Assembly (NCBI GenBank): GCA_950097015.1
Contig: CATNEN010000038.1
Coordinates: 27,714,001-27,778,000 of the forward strand
Direction of reading: 5' to 3'
DNA from: Macrostomum hystrix
Taxonomy: Eukaryota > Animalia > Platyhelminthes
DNA: 64,000 nt
Within the stretch, counting starts at the first letter, position 1. Every line of letters begins with the position of its first letter. The notes beneath the pieces are model-generated. The model did no database searches. It was not told the origin of the DNA and worked only from the letters and a program-made list of their open reading frames with translations. Below are positions 10,781 through 23,533 of this stretch, piece after piece. The position numbers were made by a program, and so were the translations under genes.

Positions 10781-13700
10781 ATGCCAGTGCAGGATCTGAT
10801 GCGCTATCGAGACTCTGGTGAGCTGTCCGACCTCACCGTGCGTCTCGGCGACAAAACCGAATGGAAGCTGCACCGGTTTCCGCTCTTCATCAAGTCGGAC
10901 AGATTTCGCAACCTTCTGTCCGACCAGTCGGCCGCCTCCTCGGTGGTGGAGCTCGAGTTGGACTTCCCCGGCGGCGCTGAATGCTTCGCCCTGGTGGCCG
11001 ACTTTTGTTATAACAAGCGAATCGATATTGCGCCTGAGAATGCTGTTCAGCTTCGCTGCGCCGCTGAGCGTCTGGCGATGCGAGGTCGAGGAAATCTCGC
11101 TGACCTAGCCGACAGGTACCTCGAAGAACTGCTGGCTGCAGCCAGGGCCGCTCGCTCCGCTGGTTCCGTGGTCGACTTACTGACGCAGTGCGAGGCTGTT
11201 GGTCAGGCAGCAGACGAAATCCGGCTGTCTGAAAGGTGCCTGGCTGTCCTGCTGGACATCTGGCACCGAACCGAGGCGTCGGCGGCGGCTGCTGCTGCGC
11301 TCGGCTACGACAGCGACGACTATCTCTACCGACATCACAATCATCATCATCACAACCTGTTCTCGCCTATCTATTCAAACCGACAACAGCAGCAGCAGCA
11401 GCAGCGAGACACTGAGAGTCACCTATTGAACCTACCGTTGGCTCGTTTTCTCCAACTGATTCGAGCCGTTTGTCCGCCAGCTGATGGGACAAAAAGCAGT
11501 CAAGGGGAAAGCGTCGTTGAAAGCGACGAAGATCTGGACGCCGGACCCAACGCTCGACTGCGCCGTCGACCTCTAGCCGTGCTGGCGGCACGCTACCTCG
11601 ATCAAGCTTTCTGTCGACACCTGGCACCGCCGCCTGCTACGGCCCCCACACCGCCAGAGCGCGAGATGCCCAAGTCTTCGGAGCCTGCAGTCAAAGCGGC
11701 TGACGAAAGTGCTGATCCACGAAACTCGGATGAGACGCCGAAGGAGCTGGACAAGGAGGATAATAGAGAAGGGAAAGATGAACCGCCCTCCGAATCAGCC
11801 ACTGAGGTTCTCGATCGCGTGGTGCTGACCCTGCCAGACGATACGCCGTTGTCCGAGGTGATTAACGCAGACTGGATTCGACGAGCCCTGCGCATCAGCG
11901 AGACGACGAGTCCCGAGTGTCGGGCCAAACTGCTGCAGCTGGCTGGCGGAGCGTTGCATCGATTCACCCAGGACGAACTTCGCGAGACTCCTGCGCCAAT
12001 TCTGTGCGAGATTGTCGAGAACACGGTGAAGAACGACTGCGTTGTACCCGAGGTGCTCTCCTGCGTTGTCGATAGCCACCTGCTGGATTTAGCCCGAGCT
12101 GGCGGACTTTCAGTGGAAGATTTTGTTAAACTGGCAGGCAGCATGCCGCCAGACTATCGCACCAGTCATGACACTCTGTATGAGGCGGCGGAGGCGCTGC
12201 TCACTGGTTCGCTCGAATATCTGTCTGTTTTTTACGTAGCTCATAATTTCTACAGCACCTGAGCACATGAAAACCCTATATCTCTTTCTACATGTCTGAC
12301 GCATCTAGCGTGTTTAAGAACGAACAAAAACATTTTGGCAAAGTAGCCGTTTAAAAGCGAGACAAAATTTCACTTCATCGAAGCCATTTCACGATATCGA
12401 TGCGTCATAAACAAGAAACCTTAAAAGCTAGAAATACTTCACAAAAATAGCTCGTAGAAACTTCACAAGCTAGAGACATTAAAACATTAGACACTTATCA
12501 GGCCAGGAACTTCACAGGCGAGAAAAGTGGCAAGATAGCTCGTAAAAGCAAGATATAAAGACAAAAACCTGGGCAGCACCACCCCCCTCCTCCACCCGTT
12601 CAGCCGAACCGACGCCTACAGAATCCGACCAGCAGAGAGTGTTCGGCGCTCTGGATTTGAATCGCTGCAACGAAGCCACTCTGCAGAGAGCCCTAGATCG
12701 GGGCCTGGTGCCAGCTGGTCTTGTGTGTCAGGCGGCTATCGACATTGCTAAGAAGCTGCGTGAAAAGCTTGAAGAACGAGAGAGACTGAGAGTATGTTCA
12801 CTGACATTTCATTATTGAGTTTCTTAAACCTGATTTGAATCGAGGAACCCAGTCTAAGCTGATTACTCACTTGTTATTACTTACTTACCTACACACGAGC
12901 TGGTAAAACACTCGAGGAGCATACAGCTGTGAGTCATGTTTGTGCCTACATTTTCAGCACCAGGACGATCATCGCAGCTTTCGTCGTGAATTCCGCGGCC
13001 CGTTAGCTGCCTCATCATCTTCGACATGTTTTGCAGTCGGCAGTCGACGATTTCCAGGGGAATCAGCAGCCAGTGGTAGGCACCTGGTTGCTGAGGCCGC
13101 TGCACCCGCGGCAGTGACGCACTACAGCTCTCATTATCAGCAGCCGCAGCAGCAGTATCAGTTTGACGAATTTCTTTCTTCTCTCGGATCAGAGCGCGCT
13201 ACAAATACTACTTCGTACAGTTCAGCGTATTCCAGTAGTAAGTTTGGGGGTAAGTGGCAGAGCGTTATATCGCGTTTAACCTAGTCCTAAGCCCATCAGC
13301 TCGATTCGCGAGGCCAGGCCAGGCCATCAGCGGCGAGGCCACATTTATTTGGGGCGCAGCCGCGGAGAGAAGGCTTGGTGGCTTGTTGTGCAATTCATGC
13401 ACTTGAGGGCCAGCCTCCAAGGCACAGTGAAAGTGCACCCTGCCTGACGATGAGAAAGTCAGGGCAGATGTGCGCACCTGTGTGTGTGTGTGTGCTCAGG
13501 AGTCAGCGAAACAGGCAGAATTGCCTCCTCGCTGGCTGCGGGTCTAGGTCTAGTGCTGTGCCATTGCCCGCAGCCCTCCTGCATATATAATTTTTGTAGT
13601 AGTAGTAAGCCTACAAGCCGTTATTTTGTCTTTTTTAGTCTGCTTTAGCTTAGAAAACTCAATTTTTCAGGCCGCCGAGACGACGACGAGTCCTTGGTCC

Positions 13701-13846
13701 ACTTCGAAGAGAGCTTGCGCGCCCAGCTGAGCAAAATCTCCGCTAGTTATGATAATTACCTGGCTGAGAAGGGCGGCGGCATTGCCAGGTCTGAGCAGAG
13801 AGCTTCCTACCGCGGCAGCTCCAGTGCCGGGGGTAGGCGATGGTGA
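10781..13846 (+). CDS. BTB/POZ protein with NPH3-like C-terminal segment; exons 10781-12206, 12604-12791, 12958-13237 (or 13249), 13671-13846
   Basis: BTB: SDLTVRLG..WKLHRFPL, DFPGGAECFALVADFCY, ENAVQLRCAAERL; NPH3-like DFVKLAGSMPPDYRTSHDTLY..TESDQQRVFGALD; GT-AG junctions keep the frame; AATAAA near 13860. Confidence 0.85.
13331..13590 (+). mobile_element. SINE family 1, 5'-truncated copy in the BTB gene intron
   Basis: Colinear with 1265-1530. Confidence 0.85.
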
Positions 13847-15425
13847 ACATTGTCCTAAAAATAAATATAAATTTGTTTAACTCTTTTTTGGGGAAAAAAA
13901 TTGCACGTGTAAGGACTATCGTTTTAACTAAAAATTCCTAAAAATGACTTTGCTTTTTAGTTAATACTTATATAAGTATAAGTAGTACTAATTTTCTATC
14001 AAAACCTTCTTTTCGTCCTTTATCAAACCCAGTTAGACCATATTTTCTTACATTACATACATATACTTGCTTATCTATTTTCTTGACTTTCCATTTTAAT
14101 CATTTCTTTGCTATAAAAATTTATTACACTTTATATTTTTTTATTTAACTTTGTGAATTTTTTCTCAAATACATATTTCTACTGCGTTTGGCCAGTTAAA
14201 AAATAACTGTGATATGTCTTGACATCAAGGCAAACAAAAATGTATTTGCTTTTATATATCAAATCTTCCGTTAGGTAACGTGTATGAATGATAGGCTCAG
14301 TTCAGATCAACTCAGCTCAGTCGTTTTATCCACAAAGACACTGTACATTGGTTGACGTCGTTAATACAAATACATTACTTCTGTAACACAACACAATAGG
14401 AGATTCGCGGTTGACTCGTCGGTGATAACTGGCCTTCAAAACATTTCCCATCGAACAGGACTGTTGCTGCGACCTATATAGTGTATTTTGTGTCTTTTTT
14501 TCAGATAACTATCTTAGAGTTAGCGACGTGTTCAAAAATAGCATTATCAGCTATTTTTATATATTTTTATTTGTTAGTACCTGCATGGTTTGTTAAGTTT
14601 ACAATGATTGAAAAGTAGTATGGAAGTTTTTAATTACTGTACAGTTTGAATGTCGAGTTACTGGTTCTATGTGCATGCAGTAGCGGTTCGTGTCTCTTAT
14701 TTTTTCATCTTTTCACCAGAAGTATATTTTAAATAACCGTGTGAAAATTTTCTTCTCCTTAATCAGTTTTCCAGTTTTTATCCCGAGCAAGTGCGATCCC
14801 ATTGATTTCCCTTTTGCTCAATACAAATTTGGGATATTTTAATTTTGGGAATATTTCCATAAATAAATAGATAAATATATAAATATATAATTTAAATAGC
14901 TTCGCAATTTAAAGAAAGAACTACTAGCAGCAACTAGTCAATGGGGGAATTAAATACAAAGAATGAAAATTGGAAGGTTTTCAGAATGCAAAAACGACAT
15001 AAAAATCTCAGAGTTTTACCATTTTTTATCTATAACTCTCTTCCTTATTTTATGACGTAATCAAGGCGTGGAAAAAAAGATTTTTCTGCTCCGATGAGTT
15101 CGTTGAATTTTGTAGTTGTTAAAATTTTAGGCAACCAAATGGTGCCTTGCAGGTGAAGTTACGCTCGCATGATTCGACTGCGCTGAATGACGATATTTGA
15201 CGAAAGGATTTAATTCCCTATCGGATTCAGATGCGAGTGTGAATTTCGCTAAAACATTTTTCCTCTTGGCCTGCGGGTTCACTGCCATTGTTCAGCTGAT
15301 GCAGGCGTGACTAAATGTGTAGCTAGAATGATTAGAAGATGGAGCTTTAGTATCGACTAGAGTCAAATCTATCGATGTGGGGCATAGTTAGTTAGATTTG
15401 TTTCATTCCAAATAGCTTGCTTATA

Positions 15426-16033
15426 TACTCAGCAACAGCTAACCCCCCCCCAACTCACGCTGTCACACGGGCACAAAAGTTAAGCAATGTCTTTAATTCT
15501 ACTCTCAGTATCGTATGTAGGAACCACGAGCATGCAAAAGTGCCGTGACTCGTCGTGGCATCCTGATCACCAGCCGGTTGATGAACTCTTGGGGCAGCTG
15601 CTGCCAAGCATTCAGAACCGCAGTCGCAACTGTTCAGCATTCTGTGGGGCATCCTGCTGAACTCTTCGCTTTACAAAGTCCCAGACATGCTCGATGGGGT
15701 TCATGTCTGGAGACTTTGACGGCCAGTTCAATGTGCGAATGCCGAGCTGCTCCTTCAGCAGCTGCACGTGTGCTGCTGCCGATTCGTGGCAATCACCTAC
15801 TATGGAGCCACATGACTTCACACCACCAGAGGTAAAGGACACCCTGAAGGAATTGAAGTCCAAGAAGTAGACGTGGGTTGAGTTGCGCCACCCCCTCCCC
15901 AAATCCCCCATGCCGCACTTTGCGCTCGCGTCTGGCGGCGGCAGCCTTCACACATTTCTGAGTCACCGATGGCATACAAAACTTTTGGGCCGTGTGACAG
16001 CGTGAGTTGGGGGGTTTTAGCTGTTGCTGAGTA
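15426..16033 (-). mobile_element. Non-autonomous Tc1-like element
   Basis: ~55 bp imperfect TIRs starting TACTCAGCAACAGCTAA; TA TSDs at 15424-15425 and 16034-16035; internal WPSKSPDMNPIEHVW (Tc1 DD34E motif). Confidence 0.9.
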
Positions 16034-16117
16034 TAGGTATCATAATTGAGGAAGTTCAGAGGGTTCTTTATTGGCTAAGTAAAGCAGCGCAAGTGTCTTG
16101 CCAAATGATCCAATATT

Positions 16118-16192
16118 TTCCAGTGGAGTCAGGAATCGAACCCCTGACCTTCAAGTCGAGAGTCCGACCATCTTGCCATGAGTCTAGGCTGA
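16118..16192 (-). mobile_element. tRNA-like head, SINE family 3
   Basis: Reverse strand reads AGCCTAGACTCATGGCAAG...GGTTCGATTCCTGACTCC; acceptor stem does not pair; partial second copy near 7890. Confidence 0.55.
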
Positions 16193-16259
16193 TTTTACTA
16201 AATACTATGTGCTTTAAACCCCTAAGAAACCTTCAATTGTCGATTAGTTCGCATATGAA

Positions 16260-16510
16260 TTGATATGATATGATATGATATGATATGATATGCATATGAT
16301 ATGACGTGCGCGCTGCTTTCCCTGCAGGGGCCCCGGCGGCGTGGTCAGGCGAGGGCGCTACGCTATCCTGAACTGCTATTGACTGACGCTGAGATCTCCG
16401 ACCCTCGCGGACTGACAATTCTGCGCCACTCTGCTCTTGCACGTGCCTTTTGACGGCAGCCCCTTTGGCTTCGGCCTTGGGTTGTCGTCCTTTGTTGTAG
16501 TTGTTGTTTT
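16260..16510 (-). mobile_element. Short retroposed insertion with (CATAT)n tail
   Basis: Flanked by direct repeat GCATATGAA (16251-16259, 16511-16519); GC-rich body; microsatellite tail. Confidence 0.5.
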
Positions 16511-16555
16511 GCATATGAAGCATAGCATACATAATGAGATAAATAATGAGATAAA

Positions 16556-16832
16556 TCTGCTCATTTCGCTGACTCCTGAGCACACACGCGCACAGATACT
16601 GTACACAGGCATACGCTCACACAGGTGTGTACATCTGCCTTGACTTTCTCATCGTCAGACAGTGTACACTTCACTGCGCCTTGGAGGTTGGCCCTCAAGG
16701 GCGTAAATTGCACGACAAGCCCCCAAGCCTTATCTCCACGGCTGCGCCCAAATAAATGTGGCCTCACAGTGGAATCGAACTTAGGGACCTTGATGCGAGA
16801 GGCAAACGCGATAACCGCTCTGCCACGAACCC
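16556..16832 (-). mobile_element. SINE family 1, 3'-truncated copy
   Basis: Reverse complement matches 1203-1465. Confidence 0.88.
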
Positions 16833-16982
16833 TCTACTTATACGAGCTACAATCTACATAACTATTCGATATCATGTAGCTATGATGTATGAGTAATTTG
16901 CAGTATAACTAATAAGCTTCTCTTCATAAATCCACGAGTTTAAGTTTATAAATCTTCGGCAGTTTAACTTTCTCTTACTGTT

Positions 16983-17295
16983 CAGGAGGACTGTTGGCAC
17001 CACGTCATCAAATTTGGTGACAGTAGTCCCGCAGCCGGCGTGAAAGCATGATTCTGCTTATGGCTTATTCCGCTCACACACACACAGATACCGTACGCAG
17101 GCACACACTCACACAGGTGTGTACATCTGTCCTGACATTCTCATCGTCAGGCAGTGTACACTTCACTGTGCCTTGGAGGTTCGCCCTCAAGGGCGTGAAT
17201 TGCGCTACAATAAATGTGGCGCCTTGCCGCGGAATCGAGGTCAGGGACATTGATGCGAAAGGCAAACGCGTTGGACCGTTCTGCCACTCACCCCC
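16983..17295 (-). mobile_element. SINE family 1, diverged copy with internal deletion
   Basis: Reverse complement is colinear with the family consensus. Confidence 0.8.
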
Positions 17296-17576
17296 TTTGG
17301 CAGTTCTTGAAACAATTTTTTCTAATTTATTCCATTTAAGCTCTGGACAGAAAACAAGTCCTATAATTAAAAAAACTTTTTTATCTGCAAAGACTTTGTT
17401 TCATCGTTCCGTTTAGATTTATATTTGTGTTTAAAAAAAATACAAGATACAGCACACATATTTTTTCAATTGTACGAGTATTATATTGGGCGGCACATTT
17501 ATAGAGTTGTTTTAAAACTTTATATTGATTACTTCACTTTCACGCCTAACAAATGAGCATCCTCTCCATGTTCAAC

Positions 17577-18336
17577 TCAAACCATTCCAAATTTGACCCA
17601 GTCATCACTGGTCTCAATCGCTTCCTCCACCTGAGCGTCAGTGAACAGCAGCAAGCGACACAGTCCCAGTTTGCTGTTGAAGAGCACGTGTCTACTGGTG
17701 CCAGACTTCACCGCAGTAGCCATGCACTGGAGTGAGTTGGCCACCTCATACACATCTTCGTAGCAGTACTCGGTGTTAAAGTTGTAGCTGGTGCGCTTGA
17801 ACGGAGTCTGCCTCCAAGTGGCGCTGAAGATTGGCTCCATCAAAGCGTTTGGCACGAATTCGCACACGAAGCCTCCTTTGAAGGAGCAGTAGAAGTCCGA
17901 TAGCTTTCCAATCGCAGGCGACTCATCGAGCGGTTTCACTCTGAACACACCATTGTCTAGCACAAGGCAGTCTTGGTTGATCGCATTCTCCGTGTTCGGC
18001 TGGCCGTTTTCCCACAAAGACGGGTCCATGGGTAGAGCGCCTTTGTTCACAATGCTCTGCCAACCCGACTGATCGATCATTCTTTCATCTGGCAAGTCGG
18101 TAACTCCCAACCAGAGCATGATGCTGCAGTGAGCTGTGCGAATTGATAAGCTCACCTCCGAGCAGCAGGCACTGCCGATTGGCCGAGCACCAATCAAAGT
18201 TGTGCGACTTGTCCACGTAGACGCACTTACCGGCTTCGATTTGAAAAGGCTCCGGGCAAAAATCTGCTTTGCACAATGTGAGAAGCTGCATGCTGCAGAT
18301 CAGGAATTGGCACACTTGTAGAAATTTTAATTGCAT
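17577..18336 (-). pseudogene. C-type lectin-PAN copy A; frameshifting deletion near 18122
   Basis: N-terminal half (signal, CPEPF..C, WCSANRQC) and C-terminal half (WLGVTD, WENGQPN, FVCEF, TPFKRTSY, FTDAQVEEAIETS) are in different frames; about a dozen codons are missing relative to paralogs. Confidence 0.8.
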
Positions 18337-19611
18337 TTTCGTCTACTTTAAGAGTCACCGTCTCGAAATCCCTACGAAATCTCTACGTAGCTGTCTTAGC
18401 TATGGCAAGTTGGCAATTAAGTGATCAATTGAACACATCCTTATATTTTTTTCATAGCGTCTCTAATTGGCTGTGCAAACACTCGCCATCATCCAATCCT
18501 TGTGTTTATTTAGTTCGAGGACGTCACTTATTGCGACGTCACTTATTGCGACGTCAATTATTGATCGTCAGTCAACGTTTCTTTTTATCAATAAACTTAA
18601 AGAAAGGGTTTATCATTAGGAGGCAAAATGTTTATATAATTAAACGAATAAAGTCTATCGTTAAATATTCGCTTGAATAGACACCGTTCTTCGCCAATAG
18701 TGATAATGTTAAATGATTCGCCAATGCACATTGTACTCTTTTTCTAGCACAAAGACAGAACAAAGCACAAAAAATTGTTTCGATAGTTTCTATACTCGAT
18801 CTATATACGGCAAAATCTTACTTTCGCAGGTTGCCATTAAGTTCTCGAATAATTTCTGAAGCAGGCTACTGCCAGTAGCCTAATTAGTTCCCAAAGAGTA
18901 GCGTAAGCAAAACTAAACAAAGTTTTATTTATTATTTTACGAGTAATTACACGAGCTTGCCAAAAATATGTTCCATTTCATTATTTGCTAAAAATTCGGC
19001 TTTATAAAAGCTATACTTAACGGAATAAACGCCTGTTGCTAGGGCCGTGCATTCTGTCAAGCGACGTTTGAGATGCAGATTCGTGACCTCTCTGAATGAT
19101 GTTCCAAATTGATCAATTAAATATTTATTGATGCAAATCACAACAGAAGTGGAGTTGGCCACAAAAGAGACTGCGATATCGTCCGTCCTTCATGCAATGA
19201 GATTCTGCTCTGCTCGATCGTTTCATTTTAAATTTTTTAGACATTTCCATTAGACATTTTTTAGACTGCCTGGCACAGTTACACGTCAATAATAGCACAC
19301 AAGATCGTAAAACAGAGTGCTTCATGATGCTCAAAAGTCTAGAAATAATTTGCTTATGCCACAGCTGTCATTATTGAACTTTTTTTCGATACAGTCACGT
19401 CCATTTGTTGTGGTTAAATTCAAAAAGTACTATAGCGTAGTACATATCTGGCAAACGTCTTGAAATATCTGGCAAAATAATGTTCAAGTAAATTGGTGAA
19501 GGTACCTCGAGTATTACTTTATATCTTCATATTTTGTATAAATTCTTCAGACAAATTTAATCGATTCGTCAAGCAGGTAATTGTTTTGTTGGCTCTATAT
19601 AGTGTAGCAAG

Positions 19612-20093
19612 CTAGAGCATGCTGAACTTGACCCAGTCGGCGCTTGTCTCGATGGCCTCCTCAACCTGAGGCGTCGGTGAACTGCAGCTGGCGGCACTTT
19701 CCAAGCACGCTGTTGTACAGCACGTGTCTGCTGATTCCTGAGCTCATTGTGACGAACATGCACTCGAGATGGTCGGCCACGTCCAGGTCAGAGTAGCAGT
19801 ACTCAGAGCTCGGATTGTAGCTGGTTCGCTTGAACGGAGTCAGATGCCATGAGGCACTGGTGACAGGCTTGTACGGAGCTGCAGGTGCGAACTCGCAGAT
19901 GAATCCTTTTAGATCGGAGCATCGAAGGTCATAAAGATGCGCACTGCCGATTGGCCGAGCACCAGCTGAAACTATACGAAGTGTTGACGAATACGCACCT
20001 GCCAGCCTCCAAGCTGAACGGAGCCGGGCACTGAGCCTGCACTGACAGCAGCTAAATGACTAGAAGTAGAAACGCTGAGTAGTGTAGCAACAT
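19612..20093 (-). pseudogene. C-type lectin-PAN copy B
   Basis: TAG at codon 14 (CAG in paralogs); large deletion of the lectin core right after ...CAGTGCGCATC; +1 insertion in the FTDAQ block. Confidence 0.88.
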
Positions 20094-20949
20094 CGCCTTT
20101 GAGTTTAATAGAGGTTTGTAGTCGCACAGAGTAGACTCTGCAAGCGATTTTGTAATGCAACACTCTCTTCAAGGTCTCTTCAAGGCAATTTAAGACAACT
20201 TAATAACTGGATGGAGAATTTAAATTCTATGTTACTTATCTTTATAAATACGCACTCCATGTTTGTACGAGTTAGTGTTCTCTGTTTGCTCAAACATTTA
20301 AACGATTCGTCACGCAGGTAAATGAGTTGTTGGCTCTATTTAGTATACGGATACTGACACTGACACTCTAATAAAAAAAGTCGGGATATGCATTGTTCTG
20401 GCAGTGTTTTAGTTGTACAAAAAATCCGTTACTTCTTCTTTGTCAATTTTTATTGTCAACACAACTGACTGCTAATTTCAAGCATGCTAATTGTTGACTT
20501 TTCACTTACCAATATTACAAGTGCCTATCGTTGCTCATTGAAATTTAGACAAAGAAACGACTGTTTCTGCGTGAAAAAGCGTACAATCGTAACCCAAAGC
20601 TTCCAATTAGGAACCGAGAAAGCGGACCAGGTTGCGAGAGATTGAGCATGCGCCTATAGGACGGGTCTCCGACAGCGTCGCCATTCTAAGTTGACTTGTC
20701 AGAACACAGGTGACAAAACACTTTATCCTCCAAGTGTACTCCAAACAATTTGAACAAACAAAGCTATTAAAAGGGCATTCTGCAGCTTAAACATATCTCA
20801 CTTTAACATTATTAACTAATTTTTCGTTTCATAATCAGTTTTAAGCTACTTTTTTGTGCATTTTTTCATGGACAATGAAAGAAGCGTCGGACTCAACGCC
20901 TTATAACTATGAAAGGTTTCTATGAACTTACAGAGCAGTCCGAAGAAGC

Positions 20950-21750
20950 AGAGGATTAAGTTAATTTCGTATGGCTAAGGAATGTCTTGAAGCATGGAAA
21001 AGCTATTTTATAGATAAAATCTACCGCAAGATTAGAAATACCACGCTATTTTTCCCCGTGGGAGAAGACCACGGTACAGGTATTTCAAATACCTACTGCC
21101 TATTTCACAATAGCTCGCAAACCGAGTGACCGATTTTTGAGAAAGTTCACGATCCGCCTTTATCGATGAACCAACTTTCAAAGCCGTACGAGCCAGCATC
21201 GTCGAGTTATTCAGTGATTCTTGTCGAAGTGACCAGTGACCCTGGTGACAAGGACGTTTTCTTGTTGTCCCGTGCATTATCATGTGAGCTAGCGGGTATA
21301 TGTTGGTCAGTTTTGATTCTTATTGAATGATTCTCATTTTCGCAATCTGTTCAAAATCGATTTCACACTCTAAAGAACAGAAGACAAAACGTGCATTTAG
21401 AATGCTATCTATAGGAGCTTTTTCTGAGGAGCTGCAGTCTCATCTTCCCCGCCTTGCACACTGTTTTCCACAAAAACACCTCAGCTATAGGCTCTTAGCA
21501 GTCCAGTTAATAGTGCAGAGTCAATTTTTTGTCACAAATACTCGTACCAGTGGCTCTGTTTCAAAAAGCGAATCTTTGAAAATATCCTACATTCATCAAA
21601 ACCGGATGATTCAATCCGGTCCGTTCTGTTATTTCACTCTCATCTTTGCCCGATGTTGTGTTACATATTTGTCTGACTCTTTCTTCTCTTCCTGCTCTGC
21701 TTCTGGTAGTCAAGGGCACATCCTGGTGCATTGTTCTAAAGTACTTCCAT
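20950..21750 (-). mobile_element. Possible decayed Crypton-like tyrosine-recombinase remnant
   Basis: Across frameshifts: ..ESKLTNIY.. and ..LVTRVTGH/RQESLNN resemble Crypton YTNHS and I..TGH.S..SL..Y motifs; many stops. Confidence 0.3.
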
Positions 21751-22280
21751 GATCAGATGTTCTGTAAAAGATAAGATTTTTTTCAACCTTTATTTGCGTG
21801 ATGGCTTTAAGAGCACTAGCTCCCTCTGAAAAAAAGTATCAGCTATGACTTTTGCTTCTCGCGTTATTTGTCGATTATAATGAATAGATTTTGTCCTGTA
21901 GCGGCTCGTACGAGCAGTGGTCTGTAGTTTTGATTGCTTTCGCTAGGACAATATTGATTGAGCTAAATTGTGCGTAACTCGTAACTAAAGAGTTCACGAA
22001 TAAGTGAAGTATATATTTTATATAATAGATTCGTGGGCAGAGTGAGCTTTGGAAGAATGAGAAATTGTACCTGTACCGGGCGAGGAGTTAAATGCATAGA
22101 AAACAATTGGTGAATAAGGAACGGGTGGGCCTGGTACGAATAGTCTATGAACTAAAAGAATATATAAGCCTAACACAAGAAAAGTGCAGAGAAACCCAAT
22201 AGTAACTATGTTTGCAATAGAAAACATAACGAAGTTCTGGAGGAAACTAGTCTATTCTATAGAACATCGTCTATTTAGAC

Positions 22281-22923
22281 CAGGGGTCGGCAAACTCCGG
22301 CCCGCGGGCCAGATGCGGCCCTCGAAGCTCCCAAATCCGGCCCGTTGCCCCTTCCAACACCTATAGTATCCTGTCTCATCTCTCCCGTGTCTCATCTCTC
22401 CCCTGTCTCATCTCTCCCGTGTCTCATCTCTCCCCTGTCTCATCTCTCTCGTGTCTCATCTCTCCCGTTTCTCATCTCTCCCGTGTCTCATCTCTCTCGT
22501 GTCTCATCTCTCCCGTGTCTCATCTCTCCCGTGTCTCATCTCTCCCGTGTCTCATCTCTCCCGTGTCTCATCTCTCCCGTGTCTCATCTCTCCCCTGTCT
22601 CATCTCTCTCGTGTCTCATCTCTCCCGTTTCTCATCTCTCCCGTGTCTCATCTCTCCCGTGTCTCATCTCTCCCGTGTCTCATCTCTCACGTGTCTCATC
22701 TCTCACGTGTCTCATCTCTCCCGTGTCTCATCTCTCCCGTGTCTCATCTCTCCTGTGTCTCATCTCTCCCGTGTCTCATCTCTCCCGTGTCTCATCTCTC
22801 CCGTGTCTCATCTCTCCTGTGTCTCATCTCGCCCTTATATCATATTTCTATAATCAAAGCGGCCCGCTGTCGTCTTTTAGATTCTCTCTTTGGCCCGCCA
22901 GCTAATAAGTTTGCCGACCCCTG
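22281..22923. mobile_element. hAT-type MITE carrying an internal 16 bp minisatellite
   Basis: TIR CAGGGGTCGGCAAACT / AGTTTGCCGACCCCTG; perfect 8 bp TSD ATTTAGAC (22273-22280, 22924-22931); GGCCCG subterminal motifs. Confidence 0.92.
22370..22830. repeat. 16 bp minisatellite (GTCTCATCTCTCCCGT)
   Basis: Tandem units seen directly, inside the MITE. Confidence 0.92.
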
Positions 22924-22945
22924 ATTTAGACTATTGTTTACGGAT

Positions 22946-23533
22946 CTCTATATCTATTTGCAGGGGGGCCCGGGGCACTTGTCGCACGAGCGACGGAGCG
23001 GCACGCCCCCAGACCGGCGAACTAGGCGCTTAGCGCCCATCGCGCCGCCTCCCCTGAGCAGGCACCATACACAGCAGCACAGACCAGCCGGGGAGGGCAG
23101 GAGGCACCCAGAATAGGCAGCAGTGCCCCCACCCAGCCCCACACGCACAGAGCAGACCGAGCCGGGGCGGAAGTCTGATAAGAAATCAGTCCTCAGGGGG
23201 GGCCGGGTGATGAGTGTACACTTATCCAATCGCGCTGACGGAAGTCCAGAAAGCGCTCGGCGGTGTACACCCGCACTCCAGCCACCCCCCGCAAGGTCTC
23301 ACGCCCCAGCGCCAACGCACACAACTCACACAACGCAGAACAGGCACACAGAAGGTAGGAGCGAAGCTATTATTTCAAGCTTTAATTGCACGAAATATGG
23401 TGCACCTCCGCCGGTCGCTACTGTCCAAACCCCCCAACAAGTCCCGGAATTAATCGTGACTTGAAGGGAGAATCGAACTAGCGTCCTTTGGAGTGCGAGG
23501 CAGCGACGTTAGCCGCTGACCCACACGCCCCCC
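22946..23533 (-). mobile_element. tRNA-derived SINE family 2, full length (~590 bp)
   Basis: Head GGGGGGCGTGTGGGTCAGCGG...GTTCGATTC; tail CCCTGCAAATAGATATAG; 13 bp TSD ATTGTTTACGGAT (22933-22945, 23534-23546). Confidence 0.85.

Noticed and set aside
18520-19540. Decayed DNA transposon (16-bp triple repeat at 18520-18565 plus broken ORFs)
   Set aside because: No matching second terminus or convincing transposase motif
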